Shown one piece after another: positions 28,696 to 38,898 of a DNA stretch of 64,000 bases (position 1 is its first letter; each line of letters starts with the position of its first letter). The notes below the pieces were generated by a model, which searched no databases, was not told where the DNA came from, and saw nothing but the letters and a program-made list of their open reading frames with translations. Source of the DNA: Planctomycetota bacterium (GTDB taxonomy: Bacteria; Planctomycetota; OFTM77); contig JAJDCO010000149.1 of the NCBI GenBank assembly GCA_029260795.1, forward strand, positions 131,814 through 195,813, in the 5' to 3' direction. The position numbers and the translations under genes are program-made.

Positions 28696-29382
28696 ATGAC
28701 GACATCGTCCCCGAAGCCCAAGCTGACCTGGCGCGGCTGGATCGTTCCGGCCGGCGCGCTGCTCCTCGGTGTGATCGGCATCCTCCTGGCCCGAACGATC
28801 GCTCCCGGGCTCTCGCTGGTCGCCCCGCGCTTCGACGGTCCGGCTGACGGTGTTCTGTGGACCGATCGGCTCGGTGGGCCGCGACCGTTGACGGTGGGCG
28901 CTCCGTTCGTCAGCGGCGCCTTGCTCGAGGTCGGGTCGGCACCCGCGCGCTTCCTCATCGATCGCAACGGCTCGGTCGAGGCGGCTCCGGGCTCCAAGCT
29001 CCGGTTTCTCAACGGTGCCCAGTCGACGACGCTGGAGCTGCAGGCCGGCAGCACGCTGGTCGAGCTGCATCCCGAGACGGCACCCACGATCGTGACGACC
29101 CAGGTCGGCTCGCTGCATGCCTCCGAAGCGCGCTTCACTCTCCTCGCCGGCTCTCTCGCCGACTCGTCCCTTCTCGAGACCCTCGAGTCGCTCGCCCCGG
29201 ATTCGGATTGGCCGGAGCTGCTCGAGCTCGCCGAGCGCGAGCTCACCTGGGTCACTCTCGAGCAAGGGGCGATCGAGTTTCGACCTCTGCGTGGCCCCGC
29301 GCTCGAGGTGGGGAAGCAAGAGCTGGAGGCGCCCGCTCGATTCCTACTGGCTCCGGGGCTTCCTTTGACGGTCGTGAAGTAG
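28696..29382 (+). CDS. Membrane-anchored FecR-like domain protein
   Basis: Single TM then G-x-V-x-x-x-PGS-x-L...L-x-LQAG...IVTT..GSL....ARF pattern. Confidence 0.55.
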   Translation: MTTSSPKPKLTWRGWIVPAGALLLGVIGILLARTIAPGLSLVAPRFDGPADGVLWTDRLGGPRPLTVGAPFVSGALLEVGSAPARFLIDRNGSVEAAPGSKLRFLNGAQSTTLELQAGSTLVELHPETAPTIVTTQVGSLHASEARFTLLAGSLADSSLLETLESLAPDSDWPELLELAERELTWVTLEQGAIEFRPLRGPALEVGKQELEAPARFLLAPGLPLTVVK

Positions 29383-29515
29383 ATCCATCGGGTCGCGTCG
29401 CGCGTAGGGTGGCCCGGGTCGGGGACCGTCAGTGGTTCCCTTTCGACTCGGCGAGTATGTTGTGCCTTCCGGCTCGGTCGGTGAGCCGTCGTCCGTGGGC
29501 TAGCGAGAGAGAGTG

Positions 29516-30706
29516 ATGACTTCTTCGAAGGACCCCCTGCGCATTGGTCTCGTCGGCGCTCGATTCGCCGCGAACCTGCATCTCCACGCCTATCGCCGGG
29601 TCTACGGCGCTCCGATCGAGATCGTCGGGGTCACTTCTCGCTCTGCCGAGAGTCGCGAGGCTTTCGCCTCCCAGCACGGCGTGCGGGCCTTCGACTCGAT
29701 CGAGGCTCTGATCCCCGAGGTCGATGTGCTCGACGTGTGCGCTCCGCCCGACACGCACGTCCCGTGTGCGCTGGCCGCGTTGGCAGCCGACAAGCACGTG
29801 ATCATCGAGAAGCCTCTGACGGGTGCCTTCGGGCCAAGGGACGACGCGAGCTTCGACGGCTGGACGGCGAGCAAGGAGGCTCTCCTGGAAGAGGCGCTTG
29901 CCGGCTGTCGTGCCTTGATCGACGCCGAGGCTCGGAGCCGCGGGACAGTTGGCTACGCCGAGAACTGGGTCTATGCGCCCGCGATCCAAAAGGAGGCCGA
30001 GGTGATTCGCAAGAGCGGCGGCCACATCCTCTGGCTTCACGGATGCGAGGCGCACTCGGGATCCCACTCGCCGACCTACGGGATCTGGTCTCGCTCGGGG
30101 GGAGGCTCGATCGTCGGCAAGGCATGCCATCCATTGACGGCAGCGCTCTATCTCAAGCGCGTCGAAGGGTTGTCGCAATGCGGTCAAGCGATCCGACCGC
30201 AGACCGTCTCGGCACGGGCGCACCGCTTGACCGCTCTCGACTCTTTCCGGGACCTCGGTCACCTGCGCGCGGACTACGACGACGTCGAGGACTTCGGCTC
30301 ACTGCACGTCACGTTCGACGACGGCACGGTGGCGGACATTTTCGCCAACGAGGTGACGCTCGGAGGCGTGCACAACTGGCTCTCGGTGTTCGCCGACAAT
30401 CACCGCGCACAATGTCACCTCAACCCGAACGACTCGCTCGAGATGTACAACCCCAAAGAGGAGTATCTCGAGGACGTTTACGTGGTCGAGAAGATCGGCA
30501 CCAAGCAAGGGTGGTCGCGCCCCTCGCCCGACGAGGACTGGTTTCACGGCTTCCCGCACGAGATCCGCGGCTTCCTGACCGCCTTCCAGGCGGGGATCCC
30601 GCCGGAGAGCGACCTCCCGTTGGGCGTCGATACCGTTGCGACGATGTACGCCGGCTACGTCTCGATCGAGCGGCGCGGACAGGAGGTCGACATCCCGCAG
30701 CTGTGA
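29516..30706 (+). CDS. Gfo/Idh/MocA family oxidoreductase
   Basis: RIGLVGA, DVCAPPDTH, KHVIIEKPL, SGGG, DVED motifs. Confidence 0.9.
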   Translation: MTSSKDPLRIGLVGARFAANLHLHAYRRVYGAPIEIVGVTSRSAESREAFASQHGVRAFDSIEALIPEVDVLDVCAPPDTHVPCALAALAADKHVIIEKPLTGAFGPRDDASFDGWTASKEALLEEALAGCRALIDAEARSRGTVGYAENWVYAPAIQKEAEVIRKSGGHILWLHGCEAHSGSHSPTYGIWSRSGGGSIVGKACHPLTAALYLKRVEGLSQCGQAIRPQTVSARAHRLTALDSFRDLGHLRADYDDVEDFGSLHVTFDDGTVADIFANEVTLGGVHNWLSVFADNHRAQCHLNPNDSLEMYNPKEEYLEDVYVVEKIGTKQGWSRPSPDEDWFHGFPHEIRGFLTAFQAGIPPESDLPLGVDTVATMYAGYVSIERRGQEVDIPQL

Positions 30707-30733
30707 GGGACGCCCGGGAGGAGTCGTCGGCTT

Positions 30734-31549
30734 TCAGTAGCTCTCGTCCTGGGTCGGAAACCGTCGCTTACGGACATCCTGCACGAATTGGCTGACGGCC
30801 TCTTGGATCTGGGCGCCGAGCTCGAGGTAGCGCCGCACGAAGCGGGGGTGGAACGACTCGGTCAACCCGAGCAGATCGTTGACGACCAGCACCTGCCCAT
30901 CGCACTGCGGCCCGGCGCCGATTCCGATGGTCGGGATCGGCAGCAGCTCGGAGACCTCGGCACCCAGCGTGGCCGGGATCTTCTCGAGCACGAGTGCGAA
31001 GCAGCCCGCGTCGCAGACGGCCTTTGCGTCCTCGATCAACCGTTGGGCTTCGGTCTCGCTCTTGGCTCGGACCTGATAGGTTCCGAACTGGTTGATCGAC
31101 TGAGGCGTCAGGCCCAGGTGTCCCATGACCGGAATACCGGCCGCGACGATCTTGTGGACCGTCTCGACCATCTCGCGGCCACCTTCCAGCTTCACGGCGG
31201 CGGCGCCCGTCTCCTTCATGATCCGGCCGGCGTTTCGGAGCGCCTCTTTCGGGTCGACCTGGAAGGACAGGAAAGGCAAGTCGACGACGACCATCGCCCG
31301 CTGCACACCCCGGATCACGGCCTGTGCGTGGTAGATCATCTGATCGAGTGTGATCGGCAGCGTCGTCTCGTGACCACAGAAGACGTTGGCCGCCGAGTCG
31401 CCGACCAAGATCATGTCGATCCCGGCCCGATCGACCAATCGAGCCGTCGTGAAGTCGTACGCCGTGAGCATGGCGATGGGCTCGCCCAGCTCCTTCATCT
31501 TGGCCAGCGTCTTGGTCGTGACCCGGCGCACTTCACCTCCGACCGACAT
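30734..31549 (-). CDS. panB: 3-methyl-2-oxobutanoate hydroxymethyltransferase
   Basis: [45 protein letters not shown]. Confidence 0.98.
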   Translation of the reverse strand: MSVGGEVRRVTTKTLAKMKELGEPIAMLTAYDFTTARLVDRAGIDMILVGDSAANVFCGHETTLPITLDQMIYHAQAVIRGVQRAMVVVDLPFLSFQVDPKEALRNAGRIMKETGAAAVKLEGGREMVETVHKIVAAGIPVMGHLGLTPQSINQFGTYQVRAKSETEAQRLIEDAKAVCDAGCFALVLEKIPATLGAEVSELLPIPTIGIGAGPQCDGQVLVVNDLLGLTESFHPRFVRRYLELGAQIQEAVSQFVQDVRKRRFPTQDESY

Positions 31550-31591
31550 GAATTCCTCGCCTTCTCGGACTGGTGAGTCGTGGGCACCTCG

Positions 31592-31607
31592 GTGACCGAT
31601 CGGTCAC
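31592..31607. promoter_or_regulatory. Perfect 16-bp palindrome, candidate operator in the panB/pckA divergent region
   Basis: GTGACCGA|TCGGTCAC, about 40 bp upstream of the panB start. Confidence 0.45.
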
Positions 31608-31997
31608 TCCGGGAACGTCCGGTCAGCATAAACCTGGTGCACGGAAGCCGGAAAGACGAAAAAGGGCCGCTCTTCTTGCCCCGACGGCGGTTGTGGGTGT
31701 CCGCTCGAGGAGCGCGCCGTGGACCGAGGGGCCGGTGAGGCGGCTCGCGCCGGATCGAGGCGGCCCGTAACCACGCGGCGGCGGCCCGAGCTGCCTTTCT
31801 CGGGACCCTCGGGCGTCGAAACCACCCTCTGGGCAGACGCCGTGGATTTCGCTAAGCTCCCTATCTTTTTCCACGACTGTCAGATGGTCACGACGGAGCG
31901 GCCGGTCGGCCCCAATGCCCGTTCTCGCCATCATTTCCGGAGAGCGGAGCCGTCGGCTCCCCGACCGGTTCTTTCCCAGGATCTCGAGGAGAGCCCG

Positions 31998-33554
31998 ATG
32001 CCGACCGTCAAGAAATCCCTTCCCGTCACACCCAAGTCGGTGCTTTGGAACCCGAGCTTCGATCAGCTCGGTGAGCTGATCGGGAAGATGCCGAACGCGA
32101 AGTGGACGGAGTTCGGGAACTACAACGTCCAGACGAAGGTCGTCGCCCGGAGCAAGGCGAGCACCTATGTCGTCACCGATCATCCGGAGAACCACTCCGA
32201 TCAGACGATCAAGCGCGAGGAAGGCCGTCGCGTCGCCGAGCTGCAGGATGCCTATATCCGCGAGCAGGAGATGATCGTCATCGAGGGCTTCATCGGGAAC
32301 GACCCGAAGTATCGCGTCTCGGCGCGCTTGATCATCGAGGCGAGCAACGCGAACATCGCGGCCATGCAGAAGACGCTCTACTTCACGCCGACCGAGAAAG
32401 AGCTCGAGAGCTTCGAGCCCAAGCTTCAGGTCATCTACACGCCGAACCTGAAGATGGAAGGCTACCCGAACGATCGTCTGATCGCGGTCGACCTCGACCA
32501 GTACGTCACGCGCGTCTTCAACTCCGACTACTTCGGGGAGTCGAAGAAGGGCGGGCTGCGGATGTGGAATCAGCTCATCTACCAACAGAGTGGACTGGCG
32601 CTTCACGCCGGCTGCAAGGTGATTCCGGTCGGCGACAAGAAGCGCGTCGGCATGATCGTGGGGCTTTCGGGCACCGGCAAGACGACGACCACCTTCACCA
32701 CGCAGAACGGCTCGCAGCCGGTGCAGGACGACTTCGTCGCCTGGATGCCCGACGGCAAGGTGGTCGCGACCGAGAACGGTTGCTTCGCCAAGACGTTCGG
32801 GCTCGATCCGAAGTACGAGCCGACCATTCACAAGGCCGTCACCTGCGCCGACTCGTTCCTCGAGAACGTGTCGCAGAACGGCGAGAAGATCGACTTCTTC
32901 GACACCTCGCACACGCAGAACGGCCGCGCGGTCTTCGGCATGGACAAGGTCGATGGTGCCGGCGATGCGCGGGAGCTCGACCGCGCCGACTTCCTGCTGA
33001 TCCTCAACCGCAACGAGAACATCATCCCCGCCGTTGCTCGCCTCAACCCCGAGCAAGCCGCCGCCTACTTCATGTTGGGCGAGACGAAGGGAACGTCAGC
33101 CGGTGGCGCCGAGGAGGCCGGCAAGAACTTGCGCGTGCCCGGCACGAACCCGTTCTTTCCGCTCCTGCACGGCTTCCAGGGCAACCGCTTCCTCGAGCTG
33201 ATGAGCAAGAACCAGATCGACGTCTACGTCATGAACACCGGCCGCGTCGGTGGTCCAGACGGCGACGACCGATCGATGAAGGTCAGGATCCCGCACTCGA
33301 GCGCCGTCGTGAAGGGCATTGCCGAAGGCACCATCGAGTGGACGAAGGATCCCGACTTCGGCTACGAGATCGCAACCAAGGTGCCCGGCATCGAGGCGAG
33401 TGACGAGGGTCTCCTCCGCCCGCGCGCGCTCTACGAGAAGCAGGGCCGCCAGGACGAGTATCAGAGCTTCGTCGACCGCTTCAAGAAGGAACGCGTCGCC
33501 CACCTTGGCACCTTCCCGAACCTGGAAGAGAAGATCCTCGCCGCCGTCCGCTGA
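31998..33554 (+). CDS. pckA: Phosphoenolpyruvate carboxykinase (ATP)
   Basis: YFGESKKG, LHAGC, GLSGTGKTT, QDD, ENGCFAK, NGR, NTG; RBS GAGGAG. Confidence 0.9.
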   Translation: MPTVKKSLPVTPKSVLWNPSFDQLGELIGKMPNAKWTEFGNYNVQTKVVARSKASTYVVTDHPENHSDQTIKREEGRRVAELQDAYIREQEMIVIEGFIGNDPKYRVSARLIIEASNANIAAMQKTLYFTPTEKELESFEPKLQVIYTPNLKMEGYPNDRLIAVDLDQYVTRVFNSDYFGESKKGGLRMWNQLIYQQSGLALHAGCKVIPVGDKKRVGMIVGLSGTGKTTTTFTTQNGSQPVQDDFVAWMPDGKVVATENGCFAKTFGLDPKYEPTIHKAVTCADSFLENVSQNGEKIDFFDTSHTQNGRAVFGMDKVDGAGDARELDRADFLLILNRNENIIPAVARLNPEQAAAYFMLGETKGTSAGGAEEAGKNLRVPGTNPFFPLLHGFQGNRFLELMSKNQIDVYVMNTGRVGGPDGDDRSMKVRIPHSSAVVKGIAEGTIEWTKDPDFGYEIATKVPGIEASDEGLLRPRALYEKQGRQDEYQSFVDRFKKERVAHLGTFPNLEEKILAAVR

Positions 33555-33578
33555 GGCGCTCCGCGAGATCGAACCGAA

Positions 33579-33615
33579 GACGAAGGCCGATGGCAGTATG
33601 CCGTCGGCCTTTGTC
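33579..33615. terminator. Hairpin terminator between convergent pckA and rlmD-like gene
   Basis: GACGAAGGCCGATGGCA-GTA-TGCCGTCGGCCTTTGTC. Confidence 0.7.
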
Positions 33616-33710
33616 GTTCTCCCGCTGCCCCGAAGGGGCAACATGATCCAGCCCCCGTGCCGATCGGCGCGCCTGCCGTCGACCCTGGGGGTACGTCTCG
33701 GCGAGGACGA

Positions 33711-34871
33711 TCAACGACGGAAGGTGGCGATGGTCTCGATGTGGTGGGTTTGTGGAAAGAGATCGATCGGTTGCGCCGAGATCAGCTCGTAGCCGCCTTC
33801 GAGGAGTCGACGCGTATCGCGGGCCAGCGTGGCGGGGTCGCAGCTCACGTACACGAGTCGCGATGGCGCCTTCTCCAACAAGGCCGGGAGCGCGCGCACG
33901 CATCCTGCCCGGGGCGGATCGATCACCGCGACGTCGATCGGAGCCGTCCACTTCGGGAGCGCTTGCTCGAGGCGTGCGACCTGCAAGTCGACGCGAAGCC
34001 CTTCGAGATTCCGACGCGCGTCGTCGACGGCGATGCCGTTCGACTCGATCGCGAGCACCCGGCTCGCCCTGTCGGCCAGGAAGGCGCTGAACAGACCGAC
34101 ACCACAATAACCGTCGAGCACGCGCTCCCCCGGATGCACGTCGGCGGCCGCGAGAACGCTGGCGACCAGCGTGTCGAGTAGCAGTACGTTGACCTGAAAG
34201 AAGCTCCCGGGTGAGACCTGGAATGTCCGACCCGACACCTCGATCAGGGCCGGCTCTCCGGCCGGTCGCTGTCCGGGTCGAGCCGTCGTCCAGACCTGGA
34301 GCGGAGCGCCGCGATCCCATCCCCGTCGAATCTCCCATCGTCGACCCGGCCGGAGCTCCTCGGGCGCTACCCTCAGCCAGTCGACGATCTCAGGAACGCT
34401 GATCGGACACTCGCGGATCGGCACGACGCGATCACTGCGAGCCGACTTGAAGCCCGCGCGGCCGTCGTCACCGACGCCGACCTGGACGTGATGTCGATAG
34501 GCCCAGGGCGAAGGAGAGGCGATCGCCGCCAGCACGGGAGGGTCGGCGAGCCCGGCCATTCGTTGAAGCTGCTCGCGCACGATCTCGGTCTTGAAGACGA
34601 GCTGGGCGCCGGCGTCGATGTGCTGCCAAGCGCAACCACCGCAATCGCCTTCGCCGAGCCCCGCGTGAGGACACCGCGGTGAGACCCGATCGAGCGACGG
34701 TTCGAGGATCTCGACGGCCGTCGCCTCGGCAAAGCGTGCGCGGTCCTTCTCGATCCGCACTCGCACGCGCTCGCCCGGAAGCGCACCGTGCACGAACACG
34801 ACCCGACCGTCGAGTCGCGCCACGCCGGCACCTCCTTGCGCCATTCGATCGATTTGGAGCACGGGGAACAT
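33711..34871 (-). CDS. rlmD: TRAM-domain RNA (uracil-5)-methyltransferase, RlmD/TrmA family
   Basis: TRAM (G.GVAR..G.VVFV.GALPGE), CPH..CGGC.WQH, SFFQVN, DGYCGVG, DPPRAG, YVSCDPATLARD, DLFPQTHHIE. Confidence 0.9.
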   Translation of the reverse strand: MFPVLQIDRMAQGGAGVARLDGRVVFVHGALPGERVRVRIEKDRARFAEATAVEILEPSLDRVSPRCPHAGLGEGDCGGCAWQHIDAGAQLVFKTEIVREQLQRMAGLADPPVLAAIASPSPWAYRHHVQVGVGDDGRAGFKSARSDRVVPIRECPISVPEIVDWLRVAPEELRPGRRWEIRRGWDRGAPLQVWTTARPGQRPAGEPALIEVSGRTFQVSPGSFFQVNVLLLDTLVASVLAAADVHPGERVLDGYCGVGLFSAFLADRASRVLAIESNGIAVDDARRNLEGLRVDLQVARLEQALPKWTAPIDVAVIDPPRAGCVRALPALLEKAPSRLVYVSCDPATLARDTRRLLEGGYELISAQPIDLFPQTHHIETIATFRR

Positions 34872-35148
34872 TCGAAAGCCCAGCCGTGAGTGGGATGCCG
34901 GATGACCGGCGGCAGTCGATCGATGAAGGACCGATCGCACGAGCTCCCAACAGGCTAAAGCCTGGTCCACGGAATCCCTCCCGCGATTCGACCTTTTCGC
35001 ACGGTGAAAGCCTCGGCGAATTCCGGTGCATCCCGGCTCCCCGCCTGTCCGGCATGGCGCCGATCGGCGAGATTTGTTCTCATGCAGAGCACCGGCGAGG
35101 ATCGGGATGCGCGCAATCTCTCGAAAGCTTCGAGATGGGAGCCGCCCT

Positions 35149-36825
35149 GTGCTCAGCAACAGTACGCTCAAGAGTGTCGTCCTTCTGTCGATCACGATGC
35201 TCGCCTTGGCAGCGGGCCTTTGGACGCTCGTCGACCGGGAGGATCTTGCGGTCGAAGAATCGACTCCGATTGCGCCGAAGGAGAAGGCAGCCTGGCGCGC
35301 GTCGCCGAGCCTCGAGCCGCTCGATCGAAGTCGTGGTGCCGGAGCGGACTCTCCCTCCGATCTTACCTCGGGCAAGAACGAGAGTTTGGCCGTTTCCCAC
35401 GAAGCGCCGTCTCTGGTCGGCCGTGTCCTCGGACTCGACGGTGCTCCGGTCATCGACGTCGTCGTCGCGACGAAGAGCCACTCGCGGTCGGTCGTCGTCG
35501 GCCGCACGAATGGCTCCGGGCGCTTCACGTCCTCGCAGTCGGTGCCGCTCGGTGCACGGCTCGAGGTCGCCGATCCGGCTTGGGTCACGATCGGTGAGGC
35601 GACCATCGTTCCGGAGCTCGACGAGGCGATCTTGGTCGCCTGTCCGAGCGTGGGGATCGGAGGGAATGTCGTCGATGAGAGCGGCGAGGCGATCTCGGGC
35701 GTCGAGCTGAAGGTCGAGATCCCGAATCGGCTTCTGCGCGCTCTCGACACGAACGATGCGACGAGCTTCGGCAAGTGGACGACGAAGACGGACGGCGTTG
35801 GAGGCTTTCTCTTCGAGCGGGCACCGAGCTTCGAGGGTCTCGGCCTGCGCGTGTCGCGGTCGGGCTACCGCACGCTTCGTCAGGAGGCGCCGCGCGCCGA
35901 AACGCTCGACCTGACGATCACGTTAGAGAAGCGAGCCGAGTTGCCGCGGGGTGGGATCCGTGGGTTCGTGAGAGATCTCTCGGGAATCCCGGTGCCGGAT
36001 GCTCGCGTTCACCTCGGACGTCGTTCGACCATGACCGACGAGAGGGGCTACTTCGAGATGCTGCGAACGGTAGCCCCGGGCCGTTCACTGGTCGCATTCA
36101 AGCAAGGCTACTCGCCGGCTGAGATTCCCGGCTACGGAGATCTCGTCGCGAGTCAGCGGGACCACCTCTTGCCGGTCGACCTGGTGTTGAGCGAGATGGC
36201 TTCGATCGAGGGCTGGCTCGTCGATGCCGGCGCTCGGCCGTGTGCGGGTTGGCGCATCCGGCTGCTCGATGCCGCGCTCGTCTTCGTCGAGTCGAGAGAA
36301 GTCCGCGGCTTTGGCCAGCGAGCCCTTGGGCAGCCGGTGACTGCCGAGGAGATCTCGGCGGGGGAGCGCGGCCCCAAGCTCACGCGCGAGGACGGCGGGT
36401 TCGTCTTCAACGGCTTGCAGCCCGGCCGCGCCTACCGAGTGCGCGCCTGGAACGAGCGGACCTTGCGCATCTTCGAGAGTGAGCCCGTCGCCGCGGGGGT
36501 GCGGGGTCACGTGCTGCGCCTCCCTCCCGAGGATTCGAGACCGTTCGTCTCGGGTGTCGTCCTCACCAAGAATGGGCGGCTCGTGGAGGGAGCGCGGGTG
36601 CGCTTGACGATGGTCGAGCAAGAGTACGACGGCAGCACCTGGATGCAAACGGGGCAAGATATGAAGACGGGAGCCGACGGTCGCTTCGAGTTCAACGACG
36701 TGCCGCGCAATGAGCTGCTGCTGCGATTCAACGCCAGCGGATTCAAGTCGCGCACCATCGATCTCGACCCCCAGGACGACGGCGTGGAGCTCCAGATCGA
36801 GGTGGAGGTGAACGGAGATCGGTGA
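35149..36825 (+). CDS. Membrane-anchored carboxypeptidase regulatory-like domain protein
   Basis: N-terminal TM; repeats GNVVDESGEAI, GFVRD.SG.PVPDARV..TDERGYF, TGADGRFEF; start codon uncertain. Confidence 0.75.
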   Translation: MLSNSTLKSVVLLSITMLALAAGLWTLVDREDLAVEESTPIAPKEKAAWRASPSLEPLDRSRGAGADSPSDLTSGKNESLAVSHEAPSLVGRVLGLDGAPVIDVVVATKSHSRSVVVGRTNGSGRFTSSQSVPLGARLEVADPAWVTIGEATIVPELDEAILVACPSVGIGGNVVDESGEAISGVELKVEIPNRLLRALDTNDATSFGKWTTKTDGVGGFLFERAPSFEGLGLRVSRSGYRTLRQEAPRAETLDLTITLEKRAELPRGGIRGFVRDLSGIPVPDARVHLGRRSTMTDERGYFEMLRTVAPGRSLVAFKQGYSPAEIPGYGDLVASQRDHLLPVDLVLSEMASIEGWLVDAGARPCAGWRIRLLDAALVFVESREVRGFGQRALGQPVTAEEISAGERGPKLTREDGGFVFNGLQPGRAYRVRAWNERTLRIFESEPVAAGVRGHVLRLPPEDSRPFVSGVVLTKNGRLVEGARVRLTMVEQEYDGSTWMQTGQDMKTGADGRFEFNDVPRNELLLRFNASGFKSRTIDLDPQDDGVELQIEVEVNGDR

Positions 36826-36937
36826 CCGGATGAGTCGACGAACTGCGTGGGCCGGGTTTCCCCTGGCCGCCGATGAGCGAGCCTGACATCCTGGCCGCGT
36901 CGTCGGTCGAACCAGTCCCTCTGCCCGGAGCCTCCCC

Positions 36938-38476
36938 GTGACTCGATGCTTGCTCCTCGTGCTCGTGCTGTTCGGCGGCTTGCCGCTCTCCGCTCAAACC
37001 CGCGTCGAACGCAAGCGCCCCAACATCGTCTTCGTCTACTCGGACGACCACGCCGAGCGGGCAGTCGGAGCCTATGGGTCACCGTTGGTCGAGACGCCTC
37101 ACATCGATCGATTGGCGTCGGGGGGGCTGCGCTTCACGAACAGCTTCGTTGCCAACTCGATCTGTGGACCGGCGCGCGCGACTGTGCTGACCGGTCTCCA
37201 CTCACACCTCAACGGCAAGATGGCGAACCCGGACGGCTTTCGCGACGACTTGCCCACCTTCGCCACGCTGCTGCAAAAGGCCGGCTACCGAACGGCCATG
37301 ATCGGCAAGTGGCATCTCCCGACCAAGCCGCGAGGCTTCGATCACTGGGCGATCGCTCACGGCGGCTACTACAACCTCGACATCGAGACCGCCGACGGGC
37401 GATCGCGGCGCGAAGGGTACACGACCGAGATCCTGACCGAAGAAGCCTTGGCCTGGATCGAGAAGCAGCGCGCGGGCGAACGACCGTTCGTGCTGTGGCT
37501 GAACCATGCGGCGGTCCATCGCACTTGGATGCCAGGCCCTCGCTATCTCACTCGCCACGACGAGCGCAGCATTCCCGAGCCGGCGACGCTGTTCGACGAC
37601 TACGCGGGTCGCTCGCGTGGCGCGGCGGACGCGCAGATGCGGATCGCGCGCGATCTGTTCCCGGCCTACGATCTCAAGCTTCCCGCCAGCGGCGAGGGCA
37701 TCCTCGATCGCAACGCGACGGGCATGTTGAACCGATTGACCGAGGCACAGCGGGCTGCTTGGGAGTCGGCCTACGGCCCCAAGAACCGCGCGTTCACCGA
37801 GGCCGAGCTCGAAGGGGACGAGCTCGTGCGCTGGAAGTACCAACGCTACATCAAGGACTACCTCCGCTGCGTCTCCGCGGTGGACGACAGCGTTGGCCGC
37901 CTCCTCGACTATCTGGATCGAACGGGCCTGGCCGATAATACGATCTTCATCTACTCATCTGATCAAGGCTTCTTCCTGGGTGAGCACGGCTGGTACGACA
38001 AGCGCTGGATGTACGAGCCGTCCTTGCGAACACCGCTCATCGTGCGCGCCCCCGGTGTGACCCCGGCCGGACGCACCTGTGACGCCCTCGTGCAGAACAT
38101 CGACCTTGCCCCGACCTTGCTCGAAATGGGGGGCGTCGACGTACCGGAGTCGATGCAAGGACGCAGCCTGGCACCCTGGCTGCACGGCGAAGTGCCAGCT
38201 GAGTGGCGAGAAGCCGTCTACTACCACTACCATCAACGCGATTCTGGTCGAACCAGCCACACCGTCGCGCGCCACGTCGGAATCCGAACCGACCGGTACA
38301 AGCTGATGTACCTCTACGATCTCGGCGACTGGGAGCTCTACGATCTCCAGCACGACCCCGACGAGATGCACAACCTCGCCAGCCTCGAAGATCACGCCGA
38401 GCTGCTCGCCGAGCTTCGACAGAAGCTGCGGGGCCTGATTGCGCAGTATCGCGACGAGACAGCGCCCGAGTTCTGA
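36938..38476 (+). CDS. Sulfatase (Cys/formylglycine type), secreted
   Basis: RPNIVFVYSDDH, CGPARA.LTG, GKWHL, SDQGFFLGEHGWYDKR, WELYDL..DP.E. Confidence 0.92.
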   Translation: MTRCLLLVLVLFGGLPLSAQTRVERKRPNIVFVYSDDHAERAVGAYGSPLVETPHIDRLASGGLRFTNSFVANSICGPARATVLTGLHSHLNGKMANPDGFRDDLPTFATLLQKAGYRTAMIGKWHLPTKPRGFDHWAIAHGGYYNLDIETADGRSRREGYTTEILTEEALAWIEKQRAGERPFVLWLNHAAVHRTWMPGPRYLTRHDERSIPEPATLFDDYAGRSRGAADAQMRIARDLFPAYDLKLPASGEGILDRNATGMLNRLTEAQRAAWESAYGPKNRAFTEAELEGDELVRWKYQRYIKDYLRCVSAVDDSVGRLLDYLDRTGLADNTIFIYSSDQGFFLGEHGWYDKRWMYEPSLRTPLIVRAPGVTPAGRTCDALVQNIDLAPTLLEMGGVDVPESMQGRSLAPWLHGEVPAEWREAVYYHYHQRDSGRTSHTVARHVGIRTDRYKLMYLYDLGDWELYDLQHDPDEMHNLASLEDHAELLAELRQKLRGLIAQYRDETAPEF

Positions 38477-38553
38477 GCGTCTCCGATCGTGGGATGCGCT
38501 CGAGGACGCTGGCCGAACAGCGGTCGACCCACGTTTCAGCGATCGACCCTCCA

Positions 38554-38692
38554 GCGGACTGGAAGTCCGCCCTCCGGATGCCCGGCTTCCTTCGAAGGTC
38601 CGGCTGCTCGAGGAGCCGAGTGGTTGCCGACGGATTGCGTTTGCCAGCCGCGGCCATCGGCCGACCTTCCACCCGGCTGAAGCCTGGCCTCC
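38554..38692 (+). repeat. REP-like palindromes
   Basis: GCGGACT-GGA-AGTCCGC-CCTCC at 38554 and degenerate CCGGCTGAAGCCTGG-CCTCC near 38673. Confidence 0.5.
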
Positions 38693-38898
38693 GGATCCGA
38701 AGCCTCTGAATCCACCTAAGCCAATACCTTCGGCTTGCTTGGGTTCAGGGTCCAGCGTGCCTTGACCGATGGTGATCGCTCCGGGTCCTCGTTTTTGGAG
38801 TTCGGTACGGAGTTTTGTCGTTCCTTCGAATGGAGAGGTGTCCTCGGTGCGTCTGACCGAGAGAGCACCTGTTCGAGAAACGAAGGAAGTCAGAAAAC

